A stretch of DNA of 38,192 nucleotides from Patescibacteria group bacterium (GTDB lineage: Bacteria > Patescibacteriota > Gracilibacteria > Peribacterales > Peribacteraceae). Every line of letters starts with the position of its first letter. Positions within the stretch are counted from its first letter, which is position 1. Below, in pieces: positions 33,314-38,192 of this stretch. A model generated the notes under the pieces. It did not search any database, was not told the origin of the DNA, and was given only the letters and a program-made list of their open reading frames with translations. The DNA lies in NCBI GenBank assembly GCA_018818235.1, contig JAHISE010000074.1:1-38192 (forward strand), in the 5' to 3' direction. The position numbers and the translations under genes are program-made.

Positions 33314-34189
33314 ATGCCTCCAAACAAAAAACTTTGGCTCCACCTCCTAAAACTTATAGGAGTTGGGCTGTTTGTGTGGATAATACGGGAAATAGACCTT
33401 GCCAGACTTCTTGAAGAAATAAGAAAAGCTGACCTGACGCTGTTCACTTTATCCTTTATAACAGGCTTTATTGCAATCTTCGTCAAAGCTGTAAGATGGC
33501 ACATAATTGTAAAAAAGGCGGGCTTGAGTCCAAGTATGTGGGAATCCTGGAAGCTATATAATATTGGATTTGCTCTCGCTGTAATTACTCCCGCCAAACT
33601 GGGAGAACTTGGAAGAGCAGCTTATCTAAAGAAAGATGGCATGAATGGGATCACTGCTATTGGCATTAACATTATTGATCGTTTGGCAGATGTAGTGACC
33701 ACTTTGTCATTCATACTCGCAGCAATTTGGTTACTTTTTGGATTTTCGATTTTTTTGTATGCATTATTAGCGCTTGTTGTTATTTCAATTTTAATATTTG
33801 TAATTTTCAAAAAAACAATATTGTCTAAGGCTATCAATTATTTTCTTCCTTTCGTTAAACACGTACTAACTTCTTCACTTATTATAAAGGCACTCGGAAT
33901 TACATTTATTTATTGGATTGCATTCTTCACATGGGCAATTTTGATTGCACAAAGCGTTGGAATCGATATACCAATAATTACAATTGGTGCAATCCTCACA
34001 ATCGCAAGTTCTATAGCTGTCCTCCCCATAGCTCCATCAGGTTTGGGGACAAGAGACGCGGCATTGATCGCACTATTAGCTCCATTTGGAATACAAAGTG
34101 AACAAGCTGTTGCAATGGCATTGTTGATGTTTGCGAGTATTGTGATTTCGAGTTTGTATGGGGCGGGGTTGTGGGTTACAAGTAAATGA
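33314..34189 (+). CDS. Flippase-like / lysylphosphatidylglycerol-synthase TM-region family membrane protein (UPF0104)
   Basis: Eight or so TM helices. The N-terminus 'KLIGVGLFVWIIREIDL' and 'ITPAKLGELGRAAYLKK' are typical of the family. Confidence 0.65.
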   Translation: MPPNKKLWLHLLKLIGVGLFVWIIREIDLARLLEEIRKADLTLFTLSFITGFIAIFVKAVRWHIIVKKAGLSPSMWESWKLYNIGFALAVITPAKLGELGRAAYLKKDGMNGITAIGINIIDRLADVVTTLSFILAAIWLLFGFSIFLYALLALVVISILIFVIFKKTILSKAINYFLPFVKHVLTSSLIIKALGITFIYWIAFFTWAILIAQSVGIDIPIITIGAILTIASSIAVLPIAPSGLGTRDAALIALLAPFGIQSEQAVAMALLMFASIVISSLYGAGLWVTSK

Positions 34190-34192
34190 ATA

Positions 34193-34784
34193 GACCTCAC
34201 TCTCTTCCCTCTAACCGACCTCACCCCCGGTCCCTCTCCACTCCGCTCCGCTTGCCCACTGTGGAGAGGGGAGCTCTGCTCATATTTTATTATGATTTAT
34301 GAAGTTAAATATCATTTCCAAAACCTCTGGTAATGATTCATGCACTTTGTCATTTGTAATTCTAAGTATCTTATAATCCCTTTCTATAAAATATTTATCT
34401 CTTATATCATCGTGTTCTTTTTGTTCTGCTTTTTCATGGATTTTTCCATCTATCTCTATTATTACTCTTTGCTCTCTGCAAATAAAATCTGCAATGTATG
34501 GCCCAACATTAACCTGTCTGCAAAACTTTAGTCCTCTGCATCTTCTATTGCGTAATACTCTCCATAATATTGCCTCTTCATGAGTCATTGATCTCCTTAG
34601 TTTCTTTGTAAACCTGCTTTTATTCTTCTTATATAGTGCTTCTTTGATTTCTTCATCCATAGGATTGCAGATCCTACACAAACAGCAAACAACATACAAC
34701 AAACAAAACAGCTCCCCTCTCCTCCTCAGAGGAGAGGGGCCGGGGGTGAGGTCGATTGTGGGCCGGGGTGAGGTCGGTTAAGGC
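34193..34784. mobile_element. DUF559 endonuclease cassette bounded by ~75-90 nt imperfect terminal inverted repeats (MITE-like/selfish cassette candidate)
   Basis: The reverse complement of the left flank 34193-34279 is 'agctcccctctccac..gtggagagggaccgggggtgaggtcggtta...gtgaggtc'. It matches the right flank 34711-34784 'gctcccctctcctc..gaggagaggggccgggggtgaggtcg...ggggtgaggtcggtta'. Each flank contains its own 10-11 bp hairpin. Confidence 0.5.
34280..34660 (-). CDS. DUF559 (Vsr/restriction-endonuclease-like fold) domain protein
   Basis: 'LRRSMTHEEAILWRVLRNRRCRGLKFCRQVNVGPYIADFICREQRVIIEIDGKIHE...RDKYFIERDYKILRITN' is the canonical DUF559 pattern. The track start at 34702 is a TTG in A/C-rich low-complexity DNA. 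The first ATG is at 34660. Confidence 0.85.
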   Translation of the reverse strand: MDEEIKEALYKKNKSRFTKKLRRSMTHEEAILWRVLRNRRCRGLKFCRQVNVGPYIADFICREQRVIIEIDGKIHEKAEQKEHDDIRDKYFIERDYKILRITNDKVHESLPEVLEMIFNFINHNKI

Positions 34785-34823
34785 ATTATTTCCTCAACCC
34801 CCCAATTCCCTTATAGTACCCCC

Positions 34824-35501
34824 ATGCCCTCCCCCACCTTCACCGACCGGCAAAAGAAATATTGGGATAAGAAAAAACATTCAAAGCGAAAGTCTCCCGA
34901 TTCTCCTGTGATCCGATCTTACGTTCAACCAAAGATAGATCTAATTATTAACAAGATTGATCTGCCTGATGATTCAAAAGTTCTGGATGTCGGTGCCGGC
35001 AACGGTTACTTCAGCTACTGGTTTGATAAAAGATGGGACACAACTGCGATCGATTACTCCGAAGTTATTCTCGAGAATAATCCCGTAGAAAAAAAGATGG
35101 TAATGGATGCGCGTAACTCGGAATTTCCTGATAATTCTTTTGATCTTGTCTTCTGCCATGCCGTCTTACATCACATAGATAAACCCGATCGCATTAAAGT
35201 AATAAATGAAATGAGGCGAGTCTCTAAAAAATACGTTGTGATGATAGAACCGAATTGTTTTAATCCTCTGATGTATGCTTTTGGACTGCTAAAGAAAGAG
35301 GAGCGTGGACTTTTGGACTTTTCTATCAGCTACTCAGCTCAACTTATTCATGACGGAGGCTTAAGAGTGATTGAATCTGCAAGTTGGGGAGCCCTGACTC
35401 CCAATAGAATGCCGTTAACACGATTATTGCTGCCAATATTTGCCAAATTTGAACGTAAACTGCTATTCGGAGTGAATAATATTGTTATTGCAGAGAAATA
35501 A
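34824..35501 (+). CDS. Class I SAM-dependent methyltransferase (Methyltransf_11-like)
   Basis: 'KVLDVGAGNGYFS' (motif I), 'FDLVFCHAVLHHI', 'KYVVMIEPN'. Confidence 0.85.
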   Translation: MPSPTFTDRQKKYWDKKKHSKRKSPDSPVIRSYVQPKIDLIINKIDLPDDSKVLDVGAGNGYFSYWFDKRWDTTAIDYSEVILENNPVEKKMVMDARNSEFPDNSFDLVFCHAVLHHIDKPDRIKVINEMRRVSKKYVVMIEPNCFNPLMYAFGLLKKEERGLLDFSISYSAQLIHDGGLRVIESASWGALTPNRMPLTRLLLPIFAKFERKLLFGVNNIVIAEK

Positions 35502-35541
35502 TTTGCCTAAACCGTATATCAAACATTAATATCTCTTTCCT

Positions 35542-36738
35542 ATGCCAACCTCAAAAATCTACTCACACAACTTCGGCCCGGATTTTACAAAGCGAAATTT
35601 TAAAAGATGTACCAAATGTATTATGCCGGATACAAAACCAGGAGGCTCTTTTGACGCAAATGGAGTTTGTAATGCGTGCCTTAATAATGATGCAAAGAAG
35701 AACATTGATTGGAATCAAAGAATACAGGCACTAAGAGATTTAGCCGAAGAAGCAAAAAGAAAGAAATCAACAGGATACAATTGTTTGATTCCGGTTAGTG
35801 GTGGAAAAGACAGTACCTATCTGGCAGTTACCGCAAGAGATACTCTGGGACTAAATCCCCTATGTGTATTTGTAGAGCCTTGTTACATTGCAGAAAGAGG
35901 AGACAAAAATGCAAAGAACCTTTCCAAGCTTGGATTTGATATTTTCAGATTCAATCCAAGCCAAAAGATAATGCCGGGATTACTGAAGAGAAGTTTTATT
36001 GAGGACGGACAACCTGTCCGAGCATTTGAGTTTATGCTTTATTCCGTTCCTATGCGTGTTGCGATTAACTACGGTATTCCTTTGGGTATATGGGGAGAAA
36101 ACGCAGCAGTTGAATATGGGAATCTTGGAAATACGGATGCGGAAGATCAAAAGAACTGTCCTGCATTGGAGGGTAGGGATGCATCGCACTGGGTTGGAAA
36201 CGGAGTAACAGAAAGAGAACTAACGGCATTCCAACATCCAACTGCGGAAGAGTTCAGACAATCCGGTATGCGTGTTGTATACATGAGTGATTATGTTTTT
36301 TGGGACAGCCGAATGACAGCAGAGTTCGCAATCAAGAGAGGCCTAGCCGTTAGAACTCCTGATGAGATTAAAGGAACTGGAGGCTACTGGGACTTTGAGC
36401 AATTGGATGACGAAATGCCGATAATCAGTCACCTGCTTAAGTACATCAAGTTCGGTTACGGCCGTGCAACGGATCAGGCTTGCAGAGATATCCGCAACGG
36501 TCACATTACAAGAGAAGAAGGGCTTGCTCTTGCAGACGAATTCGACGGACAGATTAATCCCGAGTACATCAGACGTTACTGTGATTACATTGGTATAACA
36601 GTTGAAGAGTTCTGGAAGATTGCAGAGAGTTTTAGGCCAAAGGAGACTGTAGCTCCATCTCCAATGTCACAACCTGCTCCTGTTCAACAGCAATCGCCAA
36701 CAATGTATCAGGCGAGTCCGGCTACTTCGATTGTTTAA
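35542..36738 (+). CDS. N-acetyl sugar amidotransferase, PP-loop ATPase (WbuX/PseA type), paralog 3, with P/Q/S-rich C-terminal tail
   Basis: 'CTKCIMPDTKP...GVCNAC', 'PVSGGKDSTY', 'IPLGIWGENAAVEYG'. The tail is 'KETVAPSPMSQPAPVQQQSPTMYQASPATSIV'. Confidence 0.85.
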   Translation: MPTSKIYSHNFGPDFTKRNFKRCTKCIMPDTKPGGSFDANGVCNACLNNDAKKNIDWNQRIQALRDLAEEAKRKKSTGYNCLIPVSGGKDSTYLAVTARDTLGLNPLCVFVEPCYIAERGDKNAKNLSKLGFDIFRFNPSQKIMPGLLKRSFIEDGQPVRAFEFMLYSVPMRVAINYGIPLGIWGENAAVEYGNLGNTDAEDQKNCPALEGRDASHWVGNGVTERELTAFQHPTAEEFRQSGMRVVYMSDYVFWDSRMTAEFAIKRGLAVRTPDEIKGTGGYWDFEQLDDEMPIISHLLKYIKFGYGRATDQACRDIRNGHITREEGLALADEFDGQINPEYIRRYCDYIGITVEEFWKIAESFRPKETVAPSPMSQPAPVQQQSPTMYQASPATSIV

Positions 36739-36808
36739 GAACTATGCAGGTGCTTGGGTTGCTTTAACATGGGATTTTGACCATATTCTTGGCGTGCGTG
36801 GGTGGGAG

Positions 36809-36958
36809 GGCAAACGCACTGTCTGAGCTCGAAAGCACAACTTAATTCAAGAAAACATTTATATACTTATTCTAGCCTGCTCTAACTCCGAGTGCAGCCA
36901 AACAATTCCGCACACCTTACCTTCTCTAATTATGCTTTCGAGCGAGTTTGCGTTTGCC
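36809..36958. repeat. Inverted repeat ggcaaacgca...ctcgaaagca / tgctttcgag...tgcgtttgcc separated by ~95 nt
   Basis: The reverse complement of 36933-36958 ('ggcaaacgcaaactcgctcgaaagca') matches 36809-36837 ('ggcaaacgcactgtctgagctcgaaagca'). A T/C-rich versus A/G-rich hairpin follows at ~36964-37011. Confidence 0.55.
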
Positions 36959-37070
36959 TTGATCTTTTCTTTGCTTCTTTCTATTGTATCAAGACAAAAG
37001 AAAGAAGAAGATTTGAAATTAGATCTTAGATAACCAATAAAAGTAGGCCAGCAATGCTCAACGTGTCTAT

Positions 37071-37155
37071 CCTTCGACCCATTCGATGAACTCAGGGTCG
37101 CTTACAAATTATTAAACTCTCCAATTGCAGGTCACTCTGAGTTTTGTCGAAGGGC
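37071..37155. repeat. Hairpin of the CCTTCGAC..ACTCAGGGTC / GGTCACTCTGAG..GTCGAAGG type
   Basis: The left arm 37071-37102 'ccttcgacccattcgatgaactcagggtcgct' faces the right arm 37130-37155 'ggtcactctgagttttgtcgaaggg'. A third half-site 'cactcaggatgac' at 37257-37269 supplies the stop codon of the 37259 gene. Confidence 0.55.
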
Positions 37156-37258
37156 GATACACCAAAATTTATAAAGTTGAGAGTCTCTGCTGAAATTCAA
37201 AAAATAATAGTTCGTTGTTGTCTTACTTTTCGTATTCTCAACTTTCAAATTTTGGCAC

Positions 37259-38191
37259 TCAGGATGACACGTTGCTCTTCTTCCCCACCGCCAACTGATT
37301 CAAAAGAAGAAACCCAAGCCCTACCCTCTTCATAATCTTTTCAATTCCAAGTTCCCCCTGGCATCCCCACGGACTGCACATAAATTTTTCGAGTTGAACC
37401 GGTTTAAGCCCGGCATTGCCAATATAAACTCGGAGCTTTTTCAATGTCATTGTTTCCTGATGTTCTTCGTCATCTATGTGACCGATGGCAGTTGCGATGT
37501 GCTCGAAGAATGGATCGGGAGTTGTGATAATAACGATCCCTCCGGGACGCAACATGCTGTAAATTTTACGCAAAAACTCTCCGGGATTACTTACATGTTC
37601 GATTATTGCAGTTGCAACAATCACATCAAAGGACCCATCTTCAAAAGGAGGATTCATTGCATCTCCTTGCACCATATTTAATCGATTATCCTCACATGCA
37701 TCTATAAGTTCTTGCGAGAACTCGAGTCCTGTACATTTAATTCCGGGAATCGAATCTAAGAAAACACTTGTAAGCTTTCCTTCTGCAGGACCAATATCCA
37801 AAAGATTCTCGGGAGTCCCGTTGTAATGTCTATGAATCATTCTGATAACTTCATCTGCGCGTCTTTGACCACGGTACACAAGTGACTTTTTATTTTTTCT
37901 GCCTTCGCAGTATTCAATCCCCATTGCACCCGTTACCCAAGGTAATTCTTCACATGTTTGATCTCCACTAAGATTAATTGTTCTTTGTAATCGAATTCTT
38001 TTGTTTGAGTTAAGTTTATTTAAATAGTTATCCGAAAGTTTGTAAGGAGAGGTCTCAAACTCTTGGGCTTGGAAGTATCTGGATTGCGGAACATATCTGG
38101 TAAAGAACTCATCGCCTAGTTGCAGTGACTCGAAAGTACTATTGCCACTCAGTTTGATACTATCGGTAATCCGAGCTCCATCTTTGGCCAA
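37259..38191 (-). CDS. Class I SAM-dependent methyltransferase (Methyltransf_11/25-like); 5' end outside the window
   Basis: 'LLDIGPAEGKLTS' (motif I), 'FDVIVATAIIEHV', 'LRPGGIVIITTP'. The frame is open to the window edge. Confidence 0.8.
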   Translation of the reverse strand: MAKDGARITDSIKLSGNSTFESLQLGDEFFTRYVPQSRYFQAQEFETSPYKLSDNYLNKLNSNKRIRLQRTINLSGDQTCEELPWVTGAMGIEYCEGRKNKKSLVYRGQRRADEVIRMIHRHYNGTPENLLDIGPAEGKLTSVFLDSIPGIKCTGLEFSQELIDACEDNRLNMVQGDAMNPPFEDGSFDVIVATAIIEHVSNPGEFLRKIYSMLRPGGIVIITTPDPFFEHIATAIGHIDDEEHQETMTLKKLRVYIGNAGLKPVQLEKFMCSPWGCQGELGIEKIMKRVGLGFLLLNQLAVGKKSNVSS

Positions 38192-38192
38192 C

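Noticed and set aside
1-38192. Prophage, integrative element or classic defence island spanning the window
   Set aside because: No integrase, transposase, phage structural gene, restriction-modification, cas, toxin-antitoxin pair or tRNA attachment site is visible. Apart from the NYN and DUF559 genes, every sizeable ORF fits glycan biosynthesis, decoration or export.

Overview
This AT-rich bacterial segment is essentially one very large surface-glycan (LPS, capsule or protein-glycosylation) biosynthesis island, and the island is not bounded within the window. I saw no rRNA, tRNA, CRISPR array, integrase or transposase.

Modules, in order:
1. A 5'-truncated TviB/WbpO-type nucleotide-sugar dehydrogenase.
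2. A minus-strand ADP-heptose operon: cupin::HldA fusion, GmhB, HldC and a GT9 heptosyltransferase. No SIS-type GmhA is visible.
3. A plus-strand decoration operon: an orphan nucleotidyltransferase-fold protein, a GT4, a SAM methyltransferase, an ATP-grasp::LMW-phosphatase fusion and a CE4 deacetylase.
4. A complete pseudaminic-acid-type nonulosonic acid pathway split over two minus-strand operons. It comprises PseB, PseC, PseG, PseH, PseI, an SpsF-type cytidylyltransferase and a KpsS-like transferase. It also carries an extra Gfo/Idh/MocA oxidoreductase, a class-III aminotransferase, a second GNAT and an inserted NYN-domain gene.
5. Three paralogous PP-loop N-acetyl-sugar amidotransferases (WbuX/PseA type) served by a single HisH/HisF-like pair.
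6. A tightly packed minus-strand module: mini HxGH nucleotidyltransferase, APS-kinase-like kinase, polytopic GT-C-like membrane protein, MsbA-like ABC exporter and a TIM-barrel enzyme.
7. A flippase-like UPF0104 membrane protein, a DUF559 endonuclease gene inside an inverted-repeat cassette, and two more SAM methyltransferases.

Best candidates for something undescribed:
- The nucleotidyltransferase plus APS-kinase-like pair and its membrane/export neighbours. This may make a 3'-phospho-nucleotide-activated donor for glycan decoration.
- The cupin::heptose-kinase fusion, which may replace GmhA.
- The ATP-grasp::phosphatase fusion.
- A striking set of intercistronic low-complexity mirror repeats. 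These include telomere-like CCCAAA/TTTGGG arms with G-quadruplex motifs on the sense strand.

All functional calls come from motif recognition by eye in the supplied translations. No database search was run.
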